From assembly GCF_947568905.1 (NCBI RefSeq), contig NC_079171.1:40610001-40674000 (forward strand): a stretch of 64,000 bases of DNA, given 5' to 3'. Shown one piece after another: positions 27,201 through 39,514 of this stretch. This stretch comes from Ostrea edulis (lineage: Eukaryota). The position numbers and the translations under genes are program-made. Numbering within the stretch: position 1 is the stretch's first letter; each line of letters begins with the position of its first letter. The notes beneath the pieces are model-generated. The model ran no database searches and was not told the origin of the DNA. It was given only the letters and a program-made list of their open reading frames with translations.

Positions 27201-30200
27201 GTTTTTTCCACTGTTTCATTAGAATATAGATATAATCTATTGTTAAATCTGTTGAACTTTTAATTCGCATACTGGAGATCAAACTGACAACCCTACAATG
27301 GGGTATAACAATATATAACAGTTTCTAGAGTAGAAAGTAGAAAAAGATCTTCTTAAATTGGTTACTGCGTTATATAATGAATTGTTCCTAGTGTACATAG
27401 TGGATGTAATAATATTCAAGAAAAGATTAAATTATACTTCCCTTAACAGAAATAGCGTCTCGGAGTACGATTTTGATCCAAGAATTTCCACCCAATTCCT
27501 TATTTCGAGGGAAATACATCCACTAGACTGTGAACATGTAGTGTAATAAGCGAGAGTATACACATCTAAGCTAACGAACCCCACTAGTCCATAATTGTTG
27601 TCCACTTCTGTATCTGCACTTGATTTGTGAACGGCAATGAGTTTTATCGTGACTGATGTATAAATACACTATACATGCAAGTTTTTCCATTCTTCACGAT
27701 ATAATTCATAGTAATATAATACTTCAACAATACCATTACTAATTTCACTTTATTCCTGATAAAATGTTGCTCTATCATTTACAAAGAATATCAAGATCAC
27801 GAATACAAGTTTAATTAAGAGCTAGAGGTGAACAATGTTGATTTCGTATAAACATTATTCATTATATTCGATATGGTCACAATGTACGATTATTTTAGAT
27901 ATATAAGGAATGAATAACATTTCGTTTTTAGCGTCGTGTATTTAACCGAGTTTTACTGTAACGTGCCCTTGAGGAAACCGTATAACTGAAGATTAAATGT
28001 ATGCCTTTGTATATGTGATCATCGAATATTTGTTTTCATTTTCTACAGAAAACATTGCCCTCAACAAACCGGCATGGCAACTTCATCAATATGGAGAGGA
28101 CGCCAAATCCGATGCGAGTAATGCTGTAGATGGACTCAAATCTGACCTTCGCGCCTGGGGAGGACAGTGTATCGTATCGGCTAATTATCAACAGATAACC
28201 ACATGGAGAGTGGACCTAGAGGACATCCTCAGTATACATCACATTACCATTCATTACAGGACGGACAATGCTGCATGGGGTTTGTTGTTTCTACATTTTA
28301 CATATTCCACGAGATGTAACTTGATATTAAAGTAGGAATTTCCGCTATTTTGTTATAAACATTGAAATCATCGTATATGTATTATTGATATTTCAGGTGA
28401 AGAAAATCACTATACTAGAAGATTTTTGGGGTTTTCGTTATATGTATCAAACACAACCGACAGAACAGAGGGAGAATTGTGTTTCCACGACACAAACTAC
28501 ACAAGAGACACCATACCCGCCATCCTCAACGTCACGTGTCCAGTTCACGGGCAATACGTCATTTACTACAACGAAAGACTACCTGGAGTTACCTACCCTG
28601 ATGGTTATAGTGCCCATGCATTTAATGAACTCTGTGAAGTAGAGGTTTATGGTATGTTTGAATACTTTACGATTTCATTGAGATATAACTAGTACATGTT
28701 GATTAAACTGTAATTAGTGACCACTAATTACAGTTTAATACGAAGACAGATGCAGCTTTGCATGTAAAAAATGTTGTGTGCCTAAATTCATAATTAAGTA
28801 TTTGGGCATTTTATTTTCAATAAACGTTGAATTAATGATTTTCGTTTCTGTCTTGTGTACGAAGAAGTTTTATTAACATTTTAAATTTTAGTTTTAAAAA
28901 AAATCTTAAATATGCATATAATGGTTAAAATTAGTTCTGAAACAATATAGTTTTCTATATTACATATGAGCCCTATTTTCTTCAAACAAATCTACATTTG
29001 GTTTTTAATGTTGATATAATTAAACAGTCTCCTAATTTTTATCAAATAGCAAAATTTTACTGTCCGGCTCAACATCAAATTCACTCAGTTCGTTTGAACG
29101 TAAATGTATAAAACAAAATAAAATATTTTCAAAAGAAACATATACATTCTGTATTTTCAATACTAATTGTTTTAGATATTATTATTTGTAATTAACACAA
29201 TGCAAGCTATCATTTCGTCAAATGCTGTCTGACGTGTTTCATACCGATTGTTAGACCTTTTTAAAATGGTGTTTACGGTTCTTTGCTTTTGATTTTGTCA
29301 ATACCCCCATACACTTTAAAAATGATACATGAGTGTGTGGTCTTTAAGTGTTTAATAAATGCGTCTCTTTATTTTAAAGGATGTCCCAGCTCTGGGTTTT
29401 ACGGAGAAGGCTGTTCTCTCCCGTGTCCAGATATCAACTGTAGATATTGTAACATAGAGACGGGGGCGTGTCAGGGGTGTAAACCTGGATACAAAGGTCA
29501 CCGATGTGAACAAGGTATGGTATTACCGAGAAATAAATGTATAGTGTCATCCAAATATTATAAATATTATAGTCGCGTATCTGTGCAAACACTGTATTGT
29601 AAGTCGTTGGTATTAATATGAAAACTTTTGAATTACGTACCTTAACGGATACACTTACATAAACTTCATTTTATATCATATAATGCAAATGAATCTTTTT
29701 TACAAAATGTCTGGAAGCAAAAACGCAGCAATATTATATAAAGAATAACTACTTGCTCATATATATTGATAAAAGAAAAACTAAACCAAATTTCGTTAAT
29801 ATTGCTAGTGGGATAATTCTCGACGAAAAGGTGGTAAACAGGGTTCCGTGAAAGCCCTATTTTACCGTTTGTTTTGGCACTTCAAACTTATTATGTAAAT
29901 ATGCTTAATTTTCACAATATCCACCTATATCTAATATATCTCTTAAGGAATAACACTTAAGAATTACTGATATTTGTTGTCGGAAACAAATCTCAATAAC
30001 TTAATACCAATAGCGATGGAGAAATGTTGCGATGTGTCAGGTTTGAATACGGGTGATCTGCTGGTTCAATCTATAAAACACCTCACCAGAGATTAAATAA
30101 GGTAGAGGTAAACTTTCGACCTGTTTTGTTTCATTTATTGTCTTCTTGTTACATTTGGCGCAACGACGGATTACTTGCAGCTGGAAAATGAAGCATTTTT

Positions 30201-32353
30201 CTTTGCATATTATGCTACTACCCATTAACTAATGATACTCGCTGTTTTTGTTTTGTTTTTGGTTTTTTTTTATCAAAGAAAAACTGGAGAACATGTACGA
30301 CATAATCAGGCTGAATTACATAATCATATGGAATGGTACACTAATTGTGTTGACTTTTGTGTTGTTTTTGGAAGAATGTGATGCCAAAAAGTATGGTGAA
30401 GGTTGTCAGTATGAATGTGGGAAATGTAAAGACATGGAACAGTGTCATCATAAAAACGGGATGTGTTTAAAGGGATGTGAGCCAGGTTTCAAGGAAGGAA
30501 AATGTGTAGAACGTAAGTAATAGTATGCTCTCTACAAATAATGCTGGACGAAATTTTGTTTTGTACTAAGTTTTTGACTTTATGTTCTTCATAAGCATCG
30601 ATTTAGTTTTAGTTTTACTTCTAAGTGTGCAGGTGTAGAGAAACTTTTCTAAAAGTATGCTTATCTTCACAACATAATCATAGCGTCACCTTTGAGAAAG
30701 TTTTTCCCCGAGGGTCATAGAAAACACAAGTTTTTCCTTAAGGATGGATAGTTATATAGGTTTTTTGTAAATAATTAGTCAATGTTTACACCACCCAATA
30801 GGGTTCCGAAAATACAGGAGTCCTTATAGTTTATGTAATTGATGTCCCTTTTATTCCTAAGATACAAATGGGAACAAAAATATGGTAACGCAGGAGGGAC
30901 GCAGACTTATAACACCTAAAATATACATAAATGATTGACTATTAAAGCTGCACATAAATTACTTTTAATCTTTTTGCAAATATTTCACTCCCATGTTGTG
31001 ATAAGGATAGGGTTATGTATTTCGTATGAAATACATTTTCTTTCATTCTCAAATATCAAGTCTTTGATACTTAGGGAGCCAGGCTTTGTACAATGTACTG
31101 TTGAAGGAAAACGTTACTATTGCTTTTTTTAACAGAATGTGACAGTCGCAAATATGGCGTGAAATGCCAACAGAGTTGTGGATACTGTTTAAATTTCGAA
31201 CAGTGTCATCATATTAATGGGACATGTTTGAATGGATGTGATCCGGGACACCAGGGATTAACCTGTAACGAAAGTAAGTTAGCGCCATTCATCATGGACA
31301 TTGTCTGCTGTAAGATTATATTCGCTATAAGATTCTTTATCATTATCGTTTGTTTTACAGTATTTGTACAACTTCACTGTAATGTGAAGTTGAAGTTCAC
31401 TGCAATTGCAATGTGGTTTTATAAAACAAACAAAAATCATATAAAATGTTTACCCTCCTCTGATTTCATAGAGGGGGGGGGGGTCTTCCTTTGAACAAGT
31501 CACACGATGTGCGTTGTATTTTCCATTTCCCATGATAAACTAAGAATGAACATATACATGTAATAGTAATGTGCACAGCTAATTCCTAGACATCTTGGAT
31601 GTGAAAAGGTCACTGTTATGAAGCAGTGACGTTGTGTATGGAGATGATGGTGCATGTGAAGGCAATGTGTTTCAATGAACGTAATATACGTAATTCTATG
31701 GATGTATCAGCTCAGTGTGTGCAAATCAAGAAAAGTGTTTTTTCGTGGAAATTAAAATGTAACTAGGCCTACATATATGTACTATCTTCAGTTTTCTCTT
31801 ATTTCCAAGCTTTAAACCAACAGTTGTACATCTATCTATTCAACAGTAAATCGTTTGTTCGTCAGTAAATAAGCAATGAGTTGTTGCATATGCAACTGCT
31901 AAGTATGAAAAAGTCCAAACTTTTCAATGAAAAAACCCAATTGATGACGTCTCTGATTTTTGAACAACTGACATAGTCATTGAATTCAGTTAACCAATCA
32001 TCTAATAAACCCTGTCAATAATTAATAATTGAAAGTAGGGCAAACTCGGTCTTCATGAAAAACAAAAAGTAGAATCACGTGTGTAGAAGGAGCAAGCACC
32101 TCCAATCGCCTGGACACACAGTAGTAAAGTAATCAGCATGTAAAAGCGGCCTAATATTGGTATGGAATACATCAGGTATGTTGTAGGAGTAAACATCACC
32201 TTTTGGTGGGTCACACCTGGCTTTTATTCTCTATCCTGGTCATGTGACCGCAGTGATCCGTATTAAAAAGACGTTTGTAAGTAATTAAGTAAAGGTGTAA
32301 CAAATGGAATGAAGCACAGTAGACGGAATCCATTGTGGACATAAGTTATATTT

Positions 32354-32407
<54 letters not shown>

Positions 32408-34720
32408 CTAAAACAACAAACGACACCTGTATAATTAGAACATTTTATACATCATAAGTTTCATACATGTAAGTTACTCCGGTTGTAAAGAATGCAAACA
32501 TGTAGTATATAATGTGCCTGTATTAAATGCTAAGATAAAACAAAAATATTTACCCCATGTTTTGTAATTGTAGCATGTCGAGTTGGGTTTTATGGAATGA
32601 ATTGCCTAAAAAGATGCAATAAAAACTGTGGAATTCCAGAACGATGTAACAGAACATCCGGGGAATGTGAGGGAGGCTGCCAACCTAGATGGAGAGGGCT
32701 TCTGTGTGATACAAGTAATGTTTTGTGTAAAATACACATTTTCTGACAATGACTATAGCCAGTGATTATTTTTTTTATGTAGTAAAAGATACATGAATAT
32801 TGGATAATTGTCCACCGCGTTTTATAACAGTAGTAGTGAATAAGACGAAAGTAAGATGGAATGTTTTGCAATAAAATATGTAAACAATAACTGTAAGAAG
32901 ACTGTCTCCTCCAATTTTGAAGATTTCGCTAAACAACATTGGCAATTTTTTTTATATATACTTATCAATCGTCTTATGGATGCTCCCCACTGAAAAGCAA
33001 TGATTCGTGACTGTAATGTACTGTAATTCATTCCATTACAACAAGGATTGCTGATAACATGTACTTACCTGATTGGAATGTAATATCTCACAATAGAGTG
33101 CAGTGATGATCTGTACGGACCAGATTGTAATCAAACATGTGGTAAATGTCGGGAGGGGAAACCGTGTCATCATTTTAACGGTTCCTGTAATGATGGATGT
33201 GAGCCTGGATACCGGGGAAACAAATGTGATAAGGGTAACATTTACCTGTGCTGAAGTACAAGATCCACATATAAATTAACCATATTTCATAAGGTAAACA
33301 AATTCAAACTTTTCCTGCATTTTAATTCAATTTTCACATTAGAGTGTATCGATAATCTGTATGGGCCGGACTGTAAACAAGCATGCGGGGAATGTCGGGA
33401 CGGCAAGCAGTGTCATCACATCAGCGGTTCATGTAATGATGAATGCGAACCTGGATACCGGGGCAACAAATGTGATGAGGGTAACATTGATGTGTGATGA
33501 AGCGTGGCTACAGAAATACGAAAAATGACTACATGTATATGCTTTGGTTCTGCGTTCAGAAACTAATTAAATATAAATGTATTGTAGTATGCGACTTTGG
33601 TCATTTTGGTGTTAGTTGCCGAGAGGAATGCAGCATATTCTGTCAGAAATCACGTGATTGTCATCATGTGACGGGCAATTGTACAGGTGGCTGCAAAAGT
33701 GGATGGCATGGAAAGGACTGTTTAGAAGGTTGGTATACATACAGTCATAACAGAAAGGTGAAAATAACGAACAGTTTTCTCATAACTCTTATAAGCAATA
33801 AAAAATAGAGACAAACATGGGAAATGATCAGGTGCCTAGGAGGAGTAAGCATCCCCCGAAGACCGGTCACACTCGCCGTGAACCCTCTATCTTGATGAAG
33901 TAAACGAATTTATCCGTAGTCAAAATATGTGTGCGAAGAACGGCCTAATACATCATTTGACCCGATGATAGGTTGTATTGGAGAACTAGGTCGTTCTAAC
34001 GACCAACGAAATGGCAAGATGGTTATTCTAATTGAGACAGTTGAAACCCATGCATCATCAACTTGTTTGTCAGTAGCCTGCTTCAATTCAAAAACTGGTC
34101 ACACACAGAACTAGCTCTTACATATCCAATCAGAGAAATATACATACCATATGCAAGTGGAATTGGAATATTGCTACATACAGCTGGGAGGTCGACGATA
34201 TATAAGCTGAAATCATCCCGTTTGTCACAAAGTTGAGTTGTTAGTTTGCCGGTTATATCTATTTTCAATAATATATCCAAGTATGAAGCAAATGTGGACG
34301 ACTCTGTTAAATTCTGTTTTCTGTTATGTACAGATATGATGTTTTACTGCATACATCCTTAATTACAGTGGATAATCAAGTACAGAAAATAATGTTTTAC
34401 GGAGTCCTTGGTGCCTTCTGTGTTACGCTCGTTCTAGTTGCTGTGCTAGTGTGTGTTCTTTATAACATCTCGAAACGGTAAGTCACCTTTTCAGAGACAT
34501 CAAGTGTTTTTCACATACAAAGTAAGCAGGTCTCTTTTTTCGAGAATGGCATATCATTTTCAGACACCAAGTGGATAGATATTTCATCAAGAAATACCTA
34601 GCGAGTGACACCCCCAGTTCTAGGAGGACTCAAGACCATGGCGAGGAGGATCTCAACAGTGCATATCAAGAATTGGAAGTACGGGGTTTCTCATCATCGC
34701 TCTATGACTCCATTTATTAA
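15290..34720 (+). CDS. Paralog A: F-type lectin-like/EGF-repeat type I transmembrane receptor (MEGF10/SREC/Draper-like architecture), complete 12-exon model, ~590 aa
   Basis: GT-AG exons read by hand: 15290-15341 (signal [17 protein letters not shown]; alternative ATG 15275); 28049-28279 and 28397-28651 (lectin: [60 protein letters not shown]); seven EGF exons 29380-29514, 30375-30512, 31136-31273, 32574-32714, 33097-33234, 33343-33480, 33588-33728; TM exon 34369-34477 ([23 protein letters not shown]); last exon 34564-34720 (..[21 protein letters not shown]). Total 1773 nt, phases consistent, no internal stop. Confidence 0.9.
15560..16950 (-). mobile_element. Old LINE (CR1/L2-like) 3' relic in intron 1 of paralog A
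   Basis: Broken frame [26 protein letters not shown] resembles the RT C-terminal KYLG..LD region. A similar relic is at ~39740-40100 (-) in intron 1 of paralog B. Confidence 0.35.
18043..19031. mobile_element. ~1-kb non-autonomous DNA element with ~25-bp imperfect TIRs, intron 1 of paralog A
   Basis: Left end cgggtatgttaagacaggtcatg and right end cataacctgccttaacgtacccgc are inverted repeats; reverse-complement homolog at 40738-41757. Confidence 0.7.
19100..19445 (-). mobile_element. ~350-nt hammerhead-bearing dispersed repeat (Penelope pseudo-LTR or retrozyme-like unit), longest copy
   Basis: Runs from aaaactt.tacggtacc to gaggcctcgacccaggggt. Homologous copies at ~14612-14890 and ~62075-62175, and an opposite-orientation copy lacking the ribozyme core at ~12385-12575. 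Confidence 0.7.
19124..19172 (-). ncRNA. Hammerhead ribozyme copy with core mutation
   Basis: Same sequence as 62099-62147, but CUGAAGA is CUGAAAA (G8A), with further changes in helix I and II. Confidence 0.65.
19596..21175 (-). mobile_element. 5'-truncated Penelope-like retroelement with C-terminal RT (Naiad-type organisation), frameshifted
   Basis: ORFs 20475-21005 and 19925-20518: [77 protein letters not shown]. The frame ends shortly after the RT thumb (..FHTDC*) with no downstream GIY-YIG. Confidence 0.85.
21230..21475 (+). mobile_element. Inverted fragment of the same Penelope-like family, head-to-head with the main copy
   Basis: + strand reads [47 protein letters not shown]. It overlaps in content with [20 protein letters not shown] on the - strand at ~21100-21170. 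Confidence 0.7.
22285..23296. mobile_element. Tc1/mariner-pogo-type non-autonomous element (MITE) nested in a Penelope-like 3' tail
   Basis: TA|CAGTAAAATAT ... ATATTTTACTG|TA (11-bp perfect TIR, TA duplication). Removing it rejoins aagcaatacaaaaTAgatagttggacaaac, the retroelement tail sequence. Confidence 0.85.
24203..24246. repeat. (TA)n microsatellite
   Basis: About 22 perfect units. Confidence 0.95.
24760..25267 (+). mobile_element. 3' fragment of the Penelope-like element
   Basis: [19 protein letters not shown].. followed by the same 3' tail, ending gatcactgttcgtcatcttcatctttcat. Confidence 0.8.
32359..32403. repeat. (CT)n microsatellite in intron 6 of paralog A
   Basis: About 22 perfect units. 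Confidence 0.95.
33805..34310 (-). mobile_element. 3' fragment of the Penelope-like element in intron 10 of paralog A
   Basis: ORF 34083-34280 [24 protein letters not shown].. plus the shared tail. Confidence 0.8.
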
Positions 34721-35731
34721 ACAACTGTTCCTTTGGATTCCATACAGAGCTAACACTGCTTAGAATAGCATTTATCTATATCAGAATATTAAGATGCGCA
34801 GTAATATCCACAGAACATCAATATGATTTTAAAAGAAAATCCATAAGAATCAGACCCTAACTTTATCCAATGCTTCTCCCATAAAGTGATTTAGAGAACA
34901 ATGATGGTAACACGATTTTCATGATAAATAACATTGCACAAAAATCACTGTTCCTCAATATTCTGAAGTAGTTGTATAGCAACCATCAGAAATGCACATC
35001 AGCCCTTACGCTTAATGAAACAAACATATACAAGATGTATGGTTGATGGCGCAGCAACTCCCATGCTGAATGCAGCACGTTTCCTTGCTTTATGGTATTT
35101 TTGTGCAGACCCTTTTTGTCACAATTAGTGTTTTGTCATGTGTACATATTGTATTGACGGGCTCTTTTGTATCATGTTGTGTAGCCAACCTGTTTTACAC
35201 TCTAACTTTGTAGTTATTAGTCAATTTTCTGATGTAAGCCCAGTCAATTAATTGTGATGTAAGATTATATACTTTGCAGTTGTTGGTTCTAGTCAGCACT
35301 TAGTTTTATCAAATGACAAATTGTATTCTTTCTTATTCCTTTCCGTTGTAATGTACAGAACAATAGTGGAAATTGTTTTGTGTACATTTTTGGGAACAAA
35401 CGTTTATTGGTGCAATGTGTTGCTATGTATTCACATTTTGTAAGTTTCGTATGCTTTAATGTAGCTTAATTTGCAATTATCGCTAACTTCCCCTGTAATG
35501 CCTCTTAAAACTGACCACTATACGATGTCATTGACCAATCAAAATACTCGATTCGCCATGATATATTGAATTCATTTTTGGACATTTTATTCGTATGCCA
35601 CGAACATTTCCAACAGCAACCATTTCTTTTCACTCTGTTTACTTTGCTTCACTACATATTTGTGGATATTTGTGTACAAGTATTTTGTATGCCTTTTCAT
35701 GCACCACCTGCATCTATTCAGTGACATCATG

Positions 35732-35816
35732 TAATAATAATAATAATTAATAAATTATTTTATTTAGACAGGATGGCACAATTGTTACAAATGACTAGTT
35801 TACATTGTGGTCCTGT
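35732..35816 (-). mobile_element. ~85-bp LINE-like 3' end with (TTA)n tail
   Basis: Homologous to ~1470-1558 (acagga.(a/g)gcacaatt..actagtttacattgtggt), whose - strand shows AATAAA before the (TTA)n tail. Confidence 0.55.
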
Positions 35817-35818
35817 AT

Positions 35819-36183
35819 ACATATAACACCACCTGTATCTAGTCAGTGACGTCATGTTTACATATAACACCACCTGTATCTAGTCAGTGACATCATGTTT
35901 ACATATAACACCACCTGTATCTAGTCAGTGACGTCATGTTTACATATAACACCACCTGTATCTAGTCAGTGACATCATGTTTACATATAACACCACTTGT
36001 ATCTAGTCAGTGACATCATGTTTACATGTACCACCGCCTGTATCTAGTCAGTGACGTCATGTTTACATATAACACCGCCTGTATCTAGTCAGTGACATCA
36101 TGTTTACATGTAACACCGCCTGTATCTAGTCAGTGACATCATGTTTACATATAACACCGCCTGTATCTAGTCAGTGACGTCAT
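35819..36183. repeat. Minisatellite, 41-bp unit, 9 copies
   Basis: acatataacaccacctgtatctagtcagtgac(g/a)tcatgttt; one more decayed unit at ~35700-35732. Confidence 0.95.
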
Positions 36184-37904
36184 TTATACAGCGATTAACA
36201 ACTTCCCCAAGTCTCGTATTATCTTGCGGTTACGTGTTTTTCCGGTAAAATTTCACACACATATTTGAATTACGTATCCTATCTTAATAATGAAAAATAT
36301 AAATTTTAAATCTTCCAAATCCTACGAGAAACACATTCAAGATACAACATTTCTAGAAGATAAATCTCTTCAAAGTAAAATGAGAATGAAGTTTCTAAAG
36401 GCTTCACAAGACCCAAAGACTTGGCGAAAACACTGATATTTCAAGAAATGTCTCCGATTTGTCATTTTTCTTGTGCATATTTGATGGTCATCTGATCATT
36501 GTGAAAATTGTTACATTTGATTCCAATTTCTTATAAGAATGAAATAAACTTTAATGAACATATATCGATCAAGCCAGTAAATAAGAATTTGCAATATATA
36601 AGTGGGACTGTCACATATTGAAACATACCGCTGTACGAGTTGTCTCTGTTATATCTCTATCTGATTTAGTGTTTCCATGTGTATATATTTTATTGGCTGG
36701 GCTATTGTTTGTCATGTGACTAGTCAGCCTGTTTTATAATATATTTGATCAATTTGTAGTTACTAATCCAGCTATCCAATTAACTGTTATGTAAGATTTC
36801 GTAAATTACATTTTTTTGTTTCTAGTCATTAGTTCTAATAAATAACAAATTAACACAGTGGTATTCTTTCTTATTCCTTTCATATGTAATGTACGGCAAA
36901 AACAAGCTGCGAATTACCACGAATTGGTTTTTTTTCTTATAAGAAACATATATTCTTTGGGCAAACTTGTGGACATGAATATCTTTATGGCCAAACACTA
37001 ACACTACTGAATGTATCATTAAGCGTTGTAGTCTCACCCGTGATAAATATGCCCAACCCCTCCAAATGGTCAATATATCCTCATCTTCCTACTTGATCCA
37101 TAAGAGCACGAATTTCACAGTTTTGGTAGAAGTCTCGATGTCCATTTGTAATCATGAAAATGTTTCACCCCATTGATGTAAAAAAAATAATGAAGTTTTT
37201 TTTCTAAGATATAGTGTATTTTAATCCTATGACCAACTTAGCACCGCTCTAGGTTTGATAAAGATCCCATTATACATTATACTCATGCAAATATTTTGCC
37301 TCTTGTTGTCCAGAACCAGAGAAGATTTTCTACGGTACAGTGGTACAATGGATTATGATCCCGTGGGGATCACGGTTAGAATAAGTCATCAGTATCCCCT
37401 TGCTTGTCGTAAGAGGCAACTAAATGAGGCGGTCCGTCGGATGAGACCGCAAAAACCGAGGTCCCGTGTCACAGCAGGTGTGGCACGATTAAGATTCCTC
37501 CCTGCTAAATGGCCATAAGCGCTGAGCAAATGGTCAGATTTTACAGCCCTTCACCGGCAGTGGTGACGTCTCCATATGAGTGAAATATTCTTGAGAGGGA
37601 CGTAAAACTATATTAAATCAATCAATCATGGATGAATTTTACATTCTTATGCTTTCTGATTTTTACGAGGGGGAGTAGGGGTAATACACATGTAGTTCGT
37701 TGGCGTACAAATCCTTCCGTTCGTCCGAGCTCATAGTTTTCAAACCTTTCAGCAGAAATTGATCATACTTGATCACAGATATTCCTTGCGACATTGAATT
37801 TTGGACCAAGGTCATTTTAGAAAGGTTAAATTCACTCAGATCATATACCTCACACACTACACATATAAGGAAATAGTTCATTATATCAACAGTTTTGAAC
37901 AAGT

Positions 37905-38378
37905 ATATGTCTCACAACGGCGGATATGACCGGCAGACAGGGGGTGCTTAGTCCTCGTAGGCACCTGATCCCTCCTCTGGGGTTCGTGTTTGCCCAACTC
38001 TCTATTTTGTATTGCTTATAGGAGTTATGAGATTCAACAGTCTCGATTGAAGTCAGCATTTCGCAAATTCTATGGTCGTTATAATGATCTAGTTTGTCAA
38101 TACAACCTATCATTGGGTCAAATGTTGTCTAACATGTTTCATAACCGATCGTTAGGCCGTTCTTGGCACACTGATTTTGACTACGGATAACTCCGTTTAC
38201 CTGATCAGGATATAGGGCACACGTTGGGTGAGACCGGTCCACAGGGAATTCTTACTCCTCCTAGGCACCCGATCCCACCTCTGTTGTATCCAAGGGTCCG
38301 TGTTTGCCCAACTGTCTATTTTGTATCGCTTACATGAGTTATGAGATTGGGCTCTGTTCGTTATATTCGCCCTTCATA
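37905..38378 (+). mobile_element. Rearranged tandem 3' fragments of the Penelope-like element
   Basis: [31 protein letters not shown], with two copies of the tail motif cttactcctcctaggcacc.gatccc. Confidence 0.8.
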
Positions 38379-39514
38379 TCACACAAACAACTAACAGCCA
38401 AATGACGTTGAAACAAAGATCACTCAATGTCATTTGTAAGGTTAGGGTCACTCGTAATATAAACTCCCATCATTTCAAAAATATTTAAACATTTATTGAT
38501 CTTTTGGACCAGGGTATATTAAGGGAACTTAATCCCTATCCCAAGGAATATGTGTTATCAATTATGATTAATTTCTGATAAGTTCCGGAGATATGAACTC
38601 CGATGGAAAGACAAACGGACGGACAGACAGGACAGCAACTACATACTCCCCTGAAAAATGTTTATTAGAGGAACCAGTAAGTTGGAATATTATTTTTTAT
38701 TATCAATAAAGTATGTTTAAAAATATATGGAACCCCCGCGGTGGTCTAAATGATAGAGAATTTGCCCTGCATGCGGAAAGCCGGAGTTCGAATCCCGGCC
38801 ACGACAAATCGAAGTCGTTAAAACAGGTAATGACAGTTCCATCGCCATACGGTCGGCATCAGTTCCTTGCAGATGACCTTAGAAACGGGTGGGACAGTAG
38901 AGTTGGCATGCTAACGAACCCAGAGAGAAGTGCATAGCTTGGGGTCGAATTTACTACCAAAGAATAAAGGTGAAGAACTCTAAATATAGGGTACCCACGT
39001 TAGCCTATGTAAAAGCAATACAATAATTTATATTAAATTATATTTTGTATTCTAATATATTCTTACATAATCACTCTACATTATCACCAAAGTTCATCCT
39101 GAAATTCCCTATACTTCCCAAGATATCCAAAGTACGGACGGTTTTACAAATTTCAGTGAATTGGAGTTATTACGCACTTCAATTATAAATTGGGGTAAGA
39201 AATTCATTTTAGAAATGATATCTTATGCTGTACATTTATATGTAATAGCTTGCTGAAATGCTCAAACATTCTGTTTAGTCGTATATTGTCAAGGCCCAGC
39301 TAAAAGTCGACCACGAAATAATAGGCATTTTTCCGAATTAATTTCTGCATATCGTGGGAAATGAATAATTTACGGTACGGACTGTCATGATAGAGGTCAT
39401 AACTTTTTTTTTAAATACCCCGGTGCATTGAAAACTCTTAAAAATTGCGTATTACAGAAATCACGTTCAGCTCCAGTTATTGAACTTCCTTGTTCAGTTT
39501 GTACGTCGGTCACC

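Noticed and set aside
15290-34720. Assigning the symbol MEGF10, MEGF11 or SCARF1
   Set aside because: Only the EGF repeats are shared. There is no EMI domain, the N-terminus is an F-type lectin fold and the tail is much shorter, so orthology is unsupported.
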